NCBI GenBank assembly: GCA_041687575.1
Contig: JAWLBS010000002.1
Coordinates: forward strand, 1 to 55,737
Direction of reading: 5' to 3'
Source: Phycisphaerae bacterium
Lineage (GTDB): Bacteria; Planctomycetota; Phycisphaerae; UBA1845; JANYLN01
DNA length: 55,737 bases
The position numbers and the translations under genes were made by a program. Numbering within the stretch: position 1 is the first letter of the stretch; each line of letters opens with the position of its first letter. Positions 46,382 through 55,737 of this stretch are shown one piece after another. A model generated the notes under the pieces. That model had not been told where the DNA came from. It made no database searches and saw only the letters and a list, made by a program, of their open reading frames with translations.

Positions 46382-46622
46382 CAGCTTGGCGGCGTGACGG
46401 AGCAGGCCGCGTCGCCGCCACCAGTCGTGCAGCCAGCACCAGCCGTAGGCGATACGGTTTCGATCTTACTCGGCATCGATGGTTCCGCAATGACTTCCCC
46501 GGTCGGTACCGGTCCCAGGGCCTTGGCCACAAGCGGCCTCATCGCCGTGTGCACCTGCGTATCTTCCTGTTCGTCAGCGGGCGTTCGGCTGTTTGGCCAA
46601 TCCTGGCGAACGCTCGTTGTGA

Positions 46623-48266
46623 CTAACCCTTAAGGATGAGCCGCCGGGCCTGCGGATCGATGCCATAGTCGCGGAAGTTGAGGGAGACCGCCACGAAATC
46701 GTCCCGCTGGCGCTGCAGCTCGACGATCTGCTTGAAGTCCTGACGCCTGGTGTAGATGGGGCCGCGCTCGCGCACCGCCACCGGGAAGCCGCCGTCGTGG
46801 GCGAACAGATAGACGTACGGGGACAGGATGGCGCGCATGGGCGCGAAGTCGAAGACCGCCCGGTCGCTGCCCTCCCGGACGTGCTCGCCGACCTGCAGCC
46901 GGCTCGGGTCTGTGCCGTAAGGGGCAAAGCCGGCCATCCACTGCATGGACCGCTCCGTCGGCGTCTCCGAAGTTAATAGCAGCCCGGGATGGCGTCTGCG
47001 CAGCGTGTTGAAGATGATCTCCAGGCCGGTCCGGGTGTTGCCGTTGGCCGGGTCGTTCGGCTGGCCGTCGATGGAGTCGAACATGAAGCCGTCCACCCCC
47101 AGGCCGACCAGCCGGCTGAGCCCCTTGAGCACGTGCTCGCGCCAGGGCTTGTAGTTCGGGTTGAGCAGGCCGATGGGAATGGGGAAGGCGTATTCCCGTC
47201 CCGCCGCCGGCCAGTGCGCCTCGCGCCAATAGCCAGTGCGGATGATGGCGGGGAAGAACTTCTCGCGGTACTCGCGCAGCGTCTTGTCGAGCATATAGAC
47301 GCCACTGTGCAGGACGACGCGGAAGCCCCGGTTGTGGGCCGTGGCACACAGGCGCTTGAGCCCCGTGTCACCACCGTTGCGCCGGCCGGTCTCATACAGG
47401 CCGTTGCGCGGTCCGTAGCCGTCGTCCCAGCCCATCAGGTAGAGCATGGTATCTCGCGGCGCTCCGATCCGCTCCAGTTCCGCCGTCACCCGCTCGACGT
47501 CCTGGAAGCTGTGGCACTGGGTGCCGTCGTTCTTGATCAGCCACAGGCCGATGATGGAACGGGTCCGGTGGAACCAGGCCGGGATGTTGGGGTTCTGCTC
47601 CCGCGGCGGCAACTTGAACTCGCGCCCGATCCAGCGGCCGTAGTCGGCGGCGGCTTCCTCGAAGGAGTCAAAGATCTCGATCTCGACCGGCGGCAGCCAG
47701 CCCGTGCGCTGCGGATAGGGCGACTTGACCTCCCAGCGCCAGTTGAGCGTCCAGCCCTGCTTCTCTTTCACGATCGTGCCGGCGGTGTAGGCTTCACCGA
47801 CCTGCCACTTGCAGGCGAAGCGCAGCACCTTGTTCTTCCACTTGAACATCACCAGCTTCAGACAGCCGTACGTCATGTTGTTGCGCAGCACCAGGCCGGG
47901 GGCGGTCGAGGCCGGGTAGTGGACCTGCCAAGCCCAGAGCGAGGTCCCCCTGGGCAGCTTCACCGAAAAGCCTATCTCGTCGATGCCGAGGTTGTGATGA
48001 ACCTTCAACGCAGCCCGCATGGAGACGGCGACGGCCCTGCCTCTGGGGGTGAGCTTGAACTCGCCGCGGCGTTTCTCGTCCTGGAGCCGTCCCGACACAG
48101 ACTTCGTGCCGCGGTGGAACTTGCAGACCGGCACTTGCTGTCCAGACTGGATGTACCAGTTGATGGGCGTGGTGTGCCGGGCCGGGCCGAAATCGAATGT
48201 GATAGCCTTCCCACCTTCAAGGGTGCAGAATGGTCTGTGCGGAGAACCGGTTTCCTCGTGTTTCAT
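46623..48266 (-). CDS. Putative glycoside-hydrolase-like TIM-barrel protein, family not recognised
   Basis: The 547-aa ORF is protein-like in composition. LVGLGVDGFMFDSIDG resembles the G(V/I)DGFR.D nucleophile strand of clan GH-H/GH-D barrels. MGWDDGYG and the Trp-rich N-terminal beta domain also fit. Confidence 0.55.
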   Translation of the reverse strand: MKHEETGSPHRPFCTLEGGKAITFDFGPARHTTPINWYIQSGQQVPVCKFHRGTKSVSGRLQDEKRRGEFKLTPRGRAVAVSMRAALKVHHNLGIDEIGFSVKLPRGTSLWAWQVHYPASTAPGLVLRNNMTYGCLKLVMFKWKNKVLRFACKWQVGEAYTAGTIVKEKQGWTLNWRWEVKSPYPQRTGWLPPVEIEIFDSFEEAAADYGRWIGREFKLPPREQNPNIPAWFHRTRSIIGLWLIKNDGTQCHSFQDVERVTAELERIGAPRDTMLYLMGWDDGYGPRNGLYETGRRNGGDTGLKRLCATAHNRGFRVVLHSGVYMLDKTLREYREKFFPAIIRTGYWREAHWPAAGREYAFPIPIGLLNPNYKPWREHVLKGLSRLVGLGVDGFMFDSIDGQPNDPANGNTRTGLEIIFNTLRRRHPGLLLTSETPTERSMQWMAGFAPYGTDPSRLQVGEHVREGSDRAVFDFAPMRAILSPYVYLFAHDGGFPVAVRERGPIYTRRQDFKQIVELQRQRDDFVAVSLNFRDYGIDPQARRLILKG

Positions 48267-48651
48267 GACTGCTCCTCGCGTTTAGCGAAAGGAATGTCAA
48301 AGGCACAACTCTACATGGACCCTGCGAGACAATCCACGCACACGAAGCCACGAGCCATACATGCCACACAGGGTCGCCGAAGTCGCCGTCGCTTCGGGTT
48401 CCGGCAGCATCCAGCAGTTCAACCGCGTCTTCCTCGTTGACCGGGTGCTCGCCCCCCGGTTGCCGCATCCAGGGCCACCGGGACGGAGCGAACGCGGCCG
48501 CTGCAGGCCCCTTGGCCCAGGCCGCAACGACCGGACAGGCCTGGCTCGTTCCCTGCGACCGCGATTCGGTGCCCGGCCGTCCCGCTTTCCGGGGCGTAAG
48601 GCCGGTCGACGGCTCCTTGACGCGGCGCCGCACGGTGGGTAGTCTCCCGCC

Positions 48652-49371
48652 ATGATTATGTCCGACATAAAAAGGCCGGCTCCGCCGCGCGGGGCCGCGG
48701 CAAAGGTGCTCGGCTGGATCGAGGGCCACATCCGCGAGCAGGGGCTCGGCATCGGCGATCCGCTGCCGGGTGAGATGGAGATCGCCCAGCAACTGGGGGT
48801 CGGCCGCTCGTCGGTGCGGGAGGCGCTGGGCGCGCTCAAGACGCTCGACCTGGTCGAATCTCGGCGCAAAGGCGGGATCCGCCTTGTGCGCGACCCGGTA
48901 TTGCTCGAACTCCGCCACTATTTCGCCCGCCGCCTCGACAGCCCCGAGCAGCAGGCCGAGGCGATGGAGTTCCGAGCCGCCATGGAGTGGGGGCTCGGAC
49001 CGCTCATGCTCCGCAAGGCACGGCCGGGCATGGTTCACTCGCTACGGCGGATTGTCGAAGAAATGGAAGGCTCAACCCCGACTTGGGATGAAATTGCGGA
49101 TTGCGAGATCCGCTTCCATTCCGGCCTGACCGCGACCTGCGGCAATCGGCTGGCAGTCCTCTTGTCGCACCTGTACGAACCCGTCTTCGCCCAGACGAGG
49201 ACCAACAAGCCAACTCCCGCCGACGTGGCCGAGTGGGTGAGAGTCCATCGCGATCTCGTCGAGCCGTTGGCCCGACGCGACGAGCGCGAGTTCCTGGACG
49301 CGCTGCGCGCCCACACGCACGGCTACATGCGGTTGGCCGGCCGGCGCCTGCCCGGGAGACGCAAAGCATGA
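48652..49371 (+). CDS. GntR/FadR-family transcriptional regulator
   Basis: Winged HTH LPGEMEIAQQLGVGRSSVREALGALKTLDLVESRRKGGI, with a C-terminal all-helical FCD-like domain. Confidence 0.85.
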   Translation: MIMSDIKRPAPPRGAAAKVLGWIEGHIREQGLGIGDPLPGEMEIAQQLGVGRSSVREALGALKTLDLVESRRKGGIRLVRDPVLLELRHYFARRLDSPEQQAEAMEFRAAMEWGLGPLMLRKARPGMVHSLRRIVEEMEGSTPTWDEIADCEIRFHSGLTATCGNRLAVLLSHLYEPVFAQTRTNKPTPADVAEWVRVHRDLVEPLARRDEREFLDALRAHTHGYMRLAGRRLPGRRKA

Positions 49372-49686
49372 AACCCGGCATCTTCCGCCCCACCGGCGGC
49401 TTGGTGCGATCGGCTCGGCGCACAGCAAATCTGGCAGATCCGGCTCGTTTCGGCCTGCCGGATTCCCCTTGTCGGGATCGACGGGCTGTGCTCGATGCTG
49501 TGCCATGGAACCGCCCATGGCAACGAGGCCGCGCGAGGCGGGCAGGCGATGCGGTCTGGTGCCGCTACCGCCGCTGCAAACGGTTTGATCACGATCCAGG
49601 GACAAGGTGGCGAGGTTCCGGAACCGCATCCGAGTCGCGCAACAGGAGTTGTTTCGTTACCTTCCTGGAGTCGAGGGAACACTCTC

Positions 49687-50751
49687 ATGCCATGCCAAGA
49701 CGGATGGGCCGCTATCAACCTCGAGATGCCGCGCCGCGTGCCGCGCACGGAGTACTCAGCCGACGCGTATCACTGGGACTTGATCAAGGCTGTGACCGGC
49801 AGGGATGTGCGTGGTGCCTCCGCGGCTGAGCGTCAAGCGGCCAGCCTGGCCTTCAAGCGAGCCTGGAAGTACGATTTCGAGTGGTCTGTCCTGGTCCATG
49901 GCGATGTTCTGGCCAGACGGCACACGAACATGGGCCACGCCGATTACGCCGAAGGGGGCGCCGACCGCCAGGCCGCCGGCTCCTGCCCGTTCGAGGATCC
50001 CGAGGAAGTCCTGGGGCTGAACTTTTTCGCCACGTACGGGACCATCGACCAAGCCGAATGGACCCGGAAATTCGAGCAGCACTACCGGGCGCAGGCCGGG
50101 CACCCCGACTGCGACTGGGTGTGCATGACCGGCATCTACGTGACCCTGCTCTCCGGCCTCATCGACATCCTCGGCTGGGACATGCTGCTGCTCACGGCCG
50201 GCACCGACCCGCAGGGGTTCGGAGAGGTGGCCAACCGCTACGCCGCCTGGATCCAGCAGTACTTCGACGCCCTGGGCAGGGCGGACGTCCCCCTGGTGAT
50301 GATCCACGACGACATCGTCTGGACCTCGGGCCCTTTCATCGCCCCCGACTGGTACCGCCGGTACGTGTTTGCCAACTACCGCAAGCTCTTCGCGCCCCTG
50401 CTCGCTTCCGGCAAGAAGATCGCCTACACCTCCGACGGCAACTACAGCATCTTCTTGGACGACGTCGTCGCCTGTGGTGTGCACGGGCTCGTGATGGAGC
50501 CGTCCACCGACATGCACGCCTTCGCGGAGAAGTACGGCCGGAGCCATTTCTTCATCGGGAACGTGGACACCCGTGTGCTGCTCACCGGCAGTCAGGCCAA
50601 GATCCGCGGCGAGGTTGAACGCTGCATGGCGATCGGCAAGAACTGCCCCGGCTTTTTCCTGGCCGTGGGCAACCACATTCCGGCCAACACCCCGGTGGAG
50701 AACGCACTGTACTACAACCAGGTTTACGAAAAGCTCAGCGTCCGGAAATAG
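49687..50751 (+). CDS. Uroporphyrinogen decarboxylase (URO-D)/MtaA-like family protein
   Basis: The N-terminal INLEMPRRVP and C-terminal GFFLAVGNHIPANTPVENALYYNQVY patterns are typical of URO-D-like proteins. Start set at MPCQDG inside the listed ORF 49495..50751. Confidence 0.6.
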   Translation: MPCQDGWAAINLEMPRRVPRTEYSADAYHWDLIKAVTGRDVRGASAAERQAASLAFKRAWKYDFEWSVLVHGDVLARRHTNMGHADYAEGGADRQAAGSCPFEDPEEVLGLNFFATYGTIDQAEWTRKFEQHYRAQAGHPDCDWVCMTGIYVTLLSGLIDILGWDMLLLTAGTDPQGFGEVANRYAAWIQQYFDALGRADVPLVMIHDDIVWTSGPFIAPDWYRRYVFANYRKLFAPLLASGKKIAYTSDGNYSIFLDDVVACGVHGLVMEPSTDMHAFAEKYGRSHFFIGNVDTRVLLTGSQAKIRGEVERCMAIGKNCPGFFLAVGNHIPANTPVENALYYNQVYEKLSVRK

Positions 50752-50776
50752 CCGCTCTTTAGCGAAAGGGTTTCGT

Positions 50777-52780
50777 ATGCGTCAGTCCGATCTTCGTTTA
50801 CGCCAGGTCCACCTGGACTTCCACACCCACCAGTCGATCACCGGCATCGGTAAGGATTTCAAGCCAGAGGAGTTTGCCGATACCCTCGAAAAGGCCCGGG
50901 TCAACTCCATCAACCTCTTCGCCCGCTGCCACCACGGCTACGTTTACTACCGCTCGAAGGCTTTCGCCCACATCGTGCACCCGCACCTTGAGGGCGACCT
51001 GCTGCGCGAGCAGATCAAGGCGCTGCACGCCCGCGGCATCCGTACCCCCATCTACATCACGGTCAAATGGGACCAGTTGACTGCCGATGCGCATCCGGAG
51101 TGGCGCATCCTGGATGAGAATGGCGTGCCGCGCGGAACGCCGCTCAATGCCGCCGGCTTCTACCGTCCGTTGTGCCTGAATTCGCCCTATGTCCCATGGC
51201 TCAAGAGCTTCGTCCAGGATGTGCTGGACAACCTGCCTGTTGATGGCCTGTGGTTCGACATCGTCTTTCCCGATGCCTGTTCCTGCCGTTTCTGCCGGAG
51301 GGAAATGATCGAGCGCGGCATGGATCCGGCCAACGCCGCGGATCGCGACCGCCTGGCACTGGAAGTCATCGACCGTTTCCGCCTCGACATGACCTGTTTT
51401 GTGCGCAAGACCAACCAGGATTGCCAGATCATCTACAACGCCGGACACGTCGGCCCGGCGATCCGCTCATCTGTCGCCGCCTTCACCCACCTGGAACTCG
51501 AAAGCCTTCCTGGCGGCGGTTGGGGTTACCTGCATTTCCCGGTCACCGCCCGTTATGCCCGCACTCTGGGACTGGACATCCTGGGGATGACCGGCAAGTT
51601 CCATACCTCCTGGGGCGATTTCCATTCGTTCAAAAACCAGGCGGCGCTGGAGTACGAGTGCTTCACCTCGGTGGCGCAGACCGCCGCCTGCAGCGTCGGC
51701 GACCAGCTCCACCCCGACGGCAAACTCTGTCCGCACACGTACCGCCTCATCGGATCGGTCTACCGGCAGATCGAGGCCCGGGAACCCTGGCTTACCGGCG
51801 CAAAGGCCGCCACCGAAATCGGCGTGTTCACCCCCGAGGAATTCGAGACACATATGTCCGGCCACACCGGCATCTCCAGGGCGGTCCAGGGCGCCACGCG
51901 TATTCTGCAGGAAGGCCAGCACCAGTTCGACATCCTGGATTCCCGCGCCAACCTCAATGGCTACAAGCTCCTGATTCTGCCTGACTGCATTCCGCTTGCC
52001 CCCAGACTGGCGCGCAGGTTGGAGGCGTTCGTCAGCAAAGGCGGAGCGTTGCTGCTCACTTTCTGCTCGGGACTGGATCCCGAAGGCAGGGATTTCGCCC
52101 TGCCGCAGATGGGCGTGCGGTTTCTGGGCGAGGCGCGGTTCGAACCGGATTTCGTCATACCCGAGGGCGCACTTGGAGCTGGCCTGCCCGATACCGAACA
52201 CGTCATGTACAGGCGAGGCGCTCACGTCAAGGCTGTCGGCAGGGGCAAGGTCCTCGCCCAAGTCGTGGCGCCTTTCTTCAACCGGACCTGGCGTCACTTC
52301 TGTTCGCACCAGCATGCCCCCAGTTCGCGCAAGCCGGTCTACCCGGCGGCTGTGCGGAACGGGCGGGTCATCTACCTGACCCACCCGGTCTTTGAAGGCT
52401 ACGCCCTCCACTCCCCGCTGTGGTACAAACGGCTCGTCCTGAACGCGATCGACATGCTGCTGCCCGAGCCGATGGTTCGCATCCACGGGCCGTCGACCCT
52501 GACCAGCAGTGTCACGTACCAGCGGAAGGAGCGGCGCCATCTGCTGCACCTGCTGCACTACATTCCGCTGCGGCGGGGCGAGGCGTTCGAAGTTATCGAG
52601 GAAGCCACTCCGCTGGTGGACTTGCCCGTTTCGGTCAAAGTGGCGCAGCCGGTGAAGCGGGTCGTCTGCCAACCGGAGGGGACCGAACTGGAATTCAGCA
52701 GCAGCGGTGATCGCATCGAGTTTCGCGTGCCGGCCCTGAAGGGCTATCAGATCGTCGCGCTGGAAAACCGGAGCGCGTAA
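50777..52780 (+). CDS. GHL6-type putative glycosyl hydrolase with a beta-galactosidase-trimerisation-like domain
   Basis: LRQVHLDFHT … VNSINLFARCHHGYVYYRSK is the GHL6 pattern. It is followed by a class-I-GATase-like middle domain (YKLLILPDCIPL). Start at the ATG at 50777 inside the listed ORF. Confidence 0.65.
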   Translation: MRQSDLRLRQVHLDFHTHQSITGIGKDFKPEEFADTLEKARVNSINLFARCHHGYVYYRSKAFAHIVHPHLEGDLLREQIKALHARGIRTPIYITVKWDQLTADAHPEWRILDENGVPRGTPLNAAGFYRPLCLNSPYVPWLKSFVQDVLDNLPVDGLWFDIVFPDACSCRFCRREMIERGMDPANAADRDRLALEVIDRFRLDMTCFVRKTNQDCQIIYNAGHVGPAIRSSVAAFTHLELESLPGGGWGYLHFPVTARYARTLGLDILGMTGKFHTSWGDFHSFKNQAALEYECFTSVAQTAACSVGDQLHPDGKLCPHTYRLIGSVYRQIEAREPWLTGAKAATEIGVFTPEEFETHMSGHTGISRAVQGATRILQEGQHQFDILDSRANLNGYKLLILPDCIPLAPRLARRLEAFVSKGGALLLTFCSGLDPEGRDFALPQMGVRFLGEARFEPDFVIPEGALGAGLPDTEHVMYRRGAHVKAVGRGKVLAQVVAPFFNRTWRHFCSHQHAPSSRKPVYPAAVRNGRVIYLTHPVFEGYALHSPLWYKRLVLNAIDMLLPEPMVRIHGPSTLTSSVTYQRKERRHLLHLLHYIPLRRGEAFEVIEEATPLVDLPVSVKVAQPVKRVVCQPEGTELEFSSSGDRIEFRVPALKGYQIVALENRSA

Positions 52781-53005
52781 CGCGCAAGGATAGCGTCAAG
52801 GAGATCAGGGAATGACCGGCAGGAAGAATGTCGTGGCAACGAGCATGACTGAGGCCAAGGAATGGAGGAGGCCGTGGAACCAGGCGCCGAACGAACCAGC
52901 AACAGAAGGAATGGAAACATGACCGACACGCTCTGTTGCGAGGATCACAGCCATGCGGGGTGTTCGGGTTGTGCGAACGGTACCGCCGGGCTTGCTTTCA
53001 TCGGG

Positions 53006-55737
53006 ATGGCAGGCGGACGCAAGAAGCGTCTGCCTCGTTTTACGGCTGGGCTGAGGCTGGCTGCCACGGCGCTGCTCGCACTGGTCGTCGTGAGCCTGAC
53101 CGCCTGTCGCAACCCATCCGCGGGTATCGACAGGCACCGGCCGACTTCCAAAGGAGAGGAAATCATGCCCCCCAAGCGTGATGACACCGCGACGCGCATC
53201 GCCAGGGCACTCGGCGTGCCGGCCGCGACCTTCGCGGTTCTGCAAGAGCCGGCGGCTCTTGCAGAACCGGACCTCGCCGCCTGGGGCAGGCCGCTCGCCT
53301 TCCTGGACCTGACCGGGTTCGGCGACGACCCGCCGGTCGAGACCCGTGGCTACTTGGCTACGGATGCCAACTGCATCTACATGGCCATCCGCTGCGATGA
53401 TCCAGTCGCAAAGGAGATCACCTCTGTCCCCGTGCCGCCGGACGGCAATGTCTGGGCCGGGGACTGCGCGGAGTTCATGCTGCTGCCCGGCTACGACCCG
53501 CAGCAGCCTTACTATCACTTCGCCGTGAATCCAGCCGGCAGCCTCTACGACGCCAGGGGCAAGGACAAGGCCTGGGACAGCGGCGCCGAGGTCTTCACGA
53601 CCATCGACGTCACCGGCTGGCTGGCCGTGGTCCGGGTGCCCCTGAGCGCGCTGGGCGTGAAGGAGGGCGAGGCGCCCGCGATCTGGCGCGTGAACCTGTA
53701 CCGCAGCCGCCCGGCCCGCGCCGGTGCCGCAGCCCTGGACCTCGCCTGGTCGCCGACGGTAAGCGACCAGAACCACATTCCCGCTCGCTTCGGCCTCGCA
53801 TCCCTGGAACACGGGCGTGCGCCCGACGCGGCGGCGCTGGAGGCGTGGCTGGCGAAGGAAGACTTGCAGTGGGGCCGCAACCCGCGACCGGCGATGAAGA
53901 CCGATCCGAAGGCCGGAAGCCGTTCGGCGTACGACGCGATGCTCGCGGATCTGGGCACGCTGCCGTTCTCGTTCGCGTATGACGGGACGGTCTGCAACGG
54001 TTTTCCGGCCGAGACCTTCCGGCAGGTCGAGCACCGCCGTTCGGTTCAGGGCAAGAAGGAAATCAACCTGTTCGTGCTGAAGGCGGGCGATCTGCAGGTG
54101 ACGGTGGACACCGCCTTCTACACGGGCTACGGGGCCTACGAGTGGACGGTCTGGTTCGAAAACACCGGTACGCGGAATTCGGGCGTCATCAGCGACATGC
54201 GGGCGGCGGACATGACCTTTGCCGGCGAACGTCCCGTGCTGAAGGGGATCCTGGGCGACCACAAGAACCTGTACCGTCCGTACGTGCGGGATCTGGACCA
54301 GGCGCCGGTGCACTTCCGCTCGGAAAAGGGGCGCCCCACCCACATCTGGTTCCCTTATTTCAACCTGGAACACGGCGACGGCGGCGTGCTCATCGCCCTC
54401 GGCTGGGGCGGAACCTGGGAGGCGCGGTTCAGCACGGACGGAAGCGGGCATACGCGCTTCGTCGCCTCCGGTACGAACGACCTGTGCACCTACCTTAAGC
54501 CCGGGGAGAAAATCCGGTCCCCACTGATGTCGTTCCTCCCGTACACGGTGCGTGACGAGAACCACGCCACCAACCTCTGGCGGCGGTGGTTCCTCGACTG
54601 CAACCTGCCGAGGCTCAACGCCAAGGGCGAACCCGTCAAGCCCTTCAGCACGACGTGGCTGGCCGGCGACACCGGAATCCGCAACTCCGACGGGAGCATC
54701 TCCGAGCGCCACTTCACCTGGCGGCCGTCGATGGAGAAGATGTTCAGCGAGGGCATCAAGTTCGACTACCGCTGGTTCGACGCCGGCTGGTACTGCGCCC
54801 CGGATGGCAGCACGGTCGAGAGCGACTGGGCGGGGACCATCGGCACGTGGGAGATCGATCCGGCCAAGTGGCCGGGCGATTCGTTCCGCGAGTCCGTAGA
54901 CTTCGCCCACGCCCACGGGATGAAGACGCTCGTGTGGTTCGAGCCCGAGCGCGTCACGCACGTGGACGACCTGGTGGAGAACTGGGGCTACCAGCGTGAG
55001 TGGGCTATCGAAGCCGGGGGCGCCGTCATCAACAACATCGGCGACGACGAATGCTTCGAGTGGACCCTCGGCCGCATCCTGGCCTTCCTGAAACGCCACG
55101 ACGTGGACATGTACCGCGAGGACAACAACAGCAACCCGCGCGCGGCCTGGGACGCCCTGGCGGCCCGCGAGGGCGATAACCGCACGGGAATTGTGGAGAA
55201 CAAGTCCGTGGTCGCGCACTACCGCCTGTGGGACCGCATCATCGAGTTCTGCGCGCACAGCGGCAAGGACACCTTCGTGGATTCCTGCGCCAGCGGCGGC
55301 GGCCGCAACGACCTGGAGTCCCTGCGGAGGGGCATCCCCCTGATGCGCAGCGACGCCGACCGCACGACCACCGCGCTGCGGCTTTCCATGGGGACGGCGT
55401 TCAACCGCTGGGTGCCGTTCCAGGGGGCGAACACCGTCGAGCAGTCCGAACAGCTGGCGGTCGACGCCAGGCGAGACGTTTACACCTTCCGCGCCTCCTA
55501 TACGCCCATCCTGAACCTCTCCGCCCAGTGGACGCAGAATCCCAGGACCGATTTCGAACTGATCCGCTTCGGCCTGCGGGAGTGGGAGACGGTGAAGGAC
55601 TACCTGCTGAAGGACTTCTACCTCTTGACGCCCTGGAACGGCCCGACGGACAAGACGCATTGGACCAGTTACATCTACTTCGACCCGGAGAAGGACAGCG
55701 GCGTGCTGTTCGCATTCCGGATGGAGGAGGCGAAGGA
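53006..55737 (+). CDS. Lipoprotein with a CBM9/DOMON-like N-domain and a GH36-like alpha-galactosidase domain; 3' end outside window (not in the ORF track)
   Basis: I translated this frame by eye from 52919 to 55737 and found no stop. Lipobox LALVVVSLTAC follows MAGGRKKRL (ATG at 53006); an alternative ATG at 53165 has a GGAGAGG RBS. CBM9-like segment: YMAIRCDDP … GDCAEFMLLPG … YYHFAVNPAGSLYDARG … WRVNLYRSR. GH36-like segment: KFDYRWFDAGWY … GMKTLVWFEPERV … DMYREDNN … DSCASGGGRNDLESLRRGIPLMRSD. Confidence 0.7.
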   Translation, partial: MAGGRKKRLPRFTAGLRLAATALLALVVVSLTACRNPSAGIDRHRPTSKGEEIMPPKRDDTATRIARALGVPAATFAVLQEPAALAEPDLAAWGRPLAFLDLTGFGDDPPVETRGYLATDANCIYMAIRCDDPVAKEITSVPVPPDGNVWAGDCAEFMLLPGYDPQQPYYHFAVNPAGSLYDARGKDKAWDSGAEVFTTIDVTGWLAVVRVPLSALGVKEGEAPAIWRVNLYRSRPARAGAAALDLAWSPTVSDQNHIPARFGLASLEHGRAPDAAALEAWLAKEDLQWGRNPRPAMKTDPKAGSRSAYDAMLADLGTLPFSFAYDGTVCNGFPAETFRQVEHRRSVQGKKEINLFVLKAGDLQVTVDTAFYTGYGAYEWTVWFENTGTRNSGVISDMRAADMTFAGERPVLKGILGDHKNLYRPYVRDLDQAPVHFRSEKGRPTHIWFPYFNLEHGDGGVLIALGWGGTWEARFSTDGSGHTRFVASGTNDLCTYLKPGEKIRSPLMSFLPYTVRDENHATNLWRRWFLDCNLPRLNAKGEPVKPFSTTWLAGDTGIRNSDGSISERHFTWRPSMEKMFSEGIKFDYRWFDAGWYCAPDGSTVESDWAGTIGTWEIDPAKWPGDSFRESVDFAHAHGMKTLVWFEPERVTHVDDLVENWGYQREWAIEAGGAVINNIGDDECFEWTLGRILAFLKRHDVDMYREDNNSNPRAAWDALAAREGDNRTGIVENKSVVAHYRLWDRIIEFCAHSGKDTFVDSCASGGGRNDLESLRRGIPLMRSDADRTTTALRLSMGTAFNRWVPFQGANTVEQSEQLAVDARRDVYTFRASYTPILNLSAQWTQNPRTDFELIRFGLREWETVKDYLLKDFYLLTPWNGPTDKTHWTSYIYFDPEKDSGVLFAFRMEEAK

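Noticed and set aside
52805-55660. 951-aa minus-strand ORF
   Set aside because: It mirrors the plus-strand CBM9/GH36-like gene, which carries recognisable motifs. The minus-strand product has none.

Overview
High-GC bacterial chromosomal window, densely coding and rich in accessory genes. The ORF track contains many long antisense ORFs that I treat as GC artefacts. There are five blocks. (1) 1-14.4 kb is a membrane and glycoconjugate-modification neighbourhood: a fatty-acid-hydroxylase-family protein, a SAM methyltransferase, a nucleoside phosphorylase, two class-I disulfide reductases, a decayed GH15 gene, a BioB-like radical SAM protein, a GT-C membrane glycosyltransferase, a three-domain GT2-DUF2064-GT2 fusion and a TVP38-DUF547 fusion. 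(2) 14.6-15.5 kb is an ECF sigma/anti-sigma pair, with the sigma gene frameshifted in a 10-nt homopolymer. (3) 15.6-29.5 kb holds remnants of a type I-E CRISPR-Cas locus: intact cas2, the 3' half of cas1, a 56-aa cas3 fragment and no array. The middle of that locus is occupied by a complete 11.5 kb Tad/Flp pilus locus. (4) 29.6-44.0 kb is the most interesting region. A second ECF sigma/anti-sigma operon includes a CsgG/LpoB-like exported protein. It is divergent from a tandem, translationally coupled array of giant exported paralogs (1074 aa, 2155 aa, a truncated 274 aa copy, plus a decayed fourth copy at 28.9-29.5 kb). I do not recognise their architecture. A perfect 578-bp direct repeat links two of the copies. 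(5) 44.5-55.7 kb is a GntR-associated glycan-degradation cluster: heparinase II/III-like, TIM-barrel hydrolase-like, URO-D-like, GHL6-like, and a CBM9-like/GH36-like lipoprotein gene that runs off the window and is absent from the ORF track. I found no rRNA, tRNA or CRISPR array. All family assignments come from motif recognition by eye and need HMM or structure confirmation.
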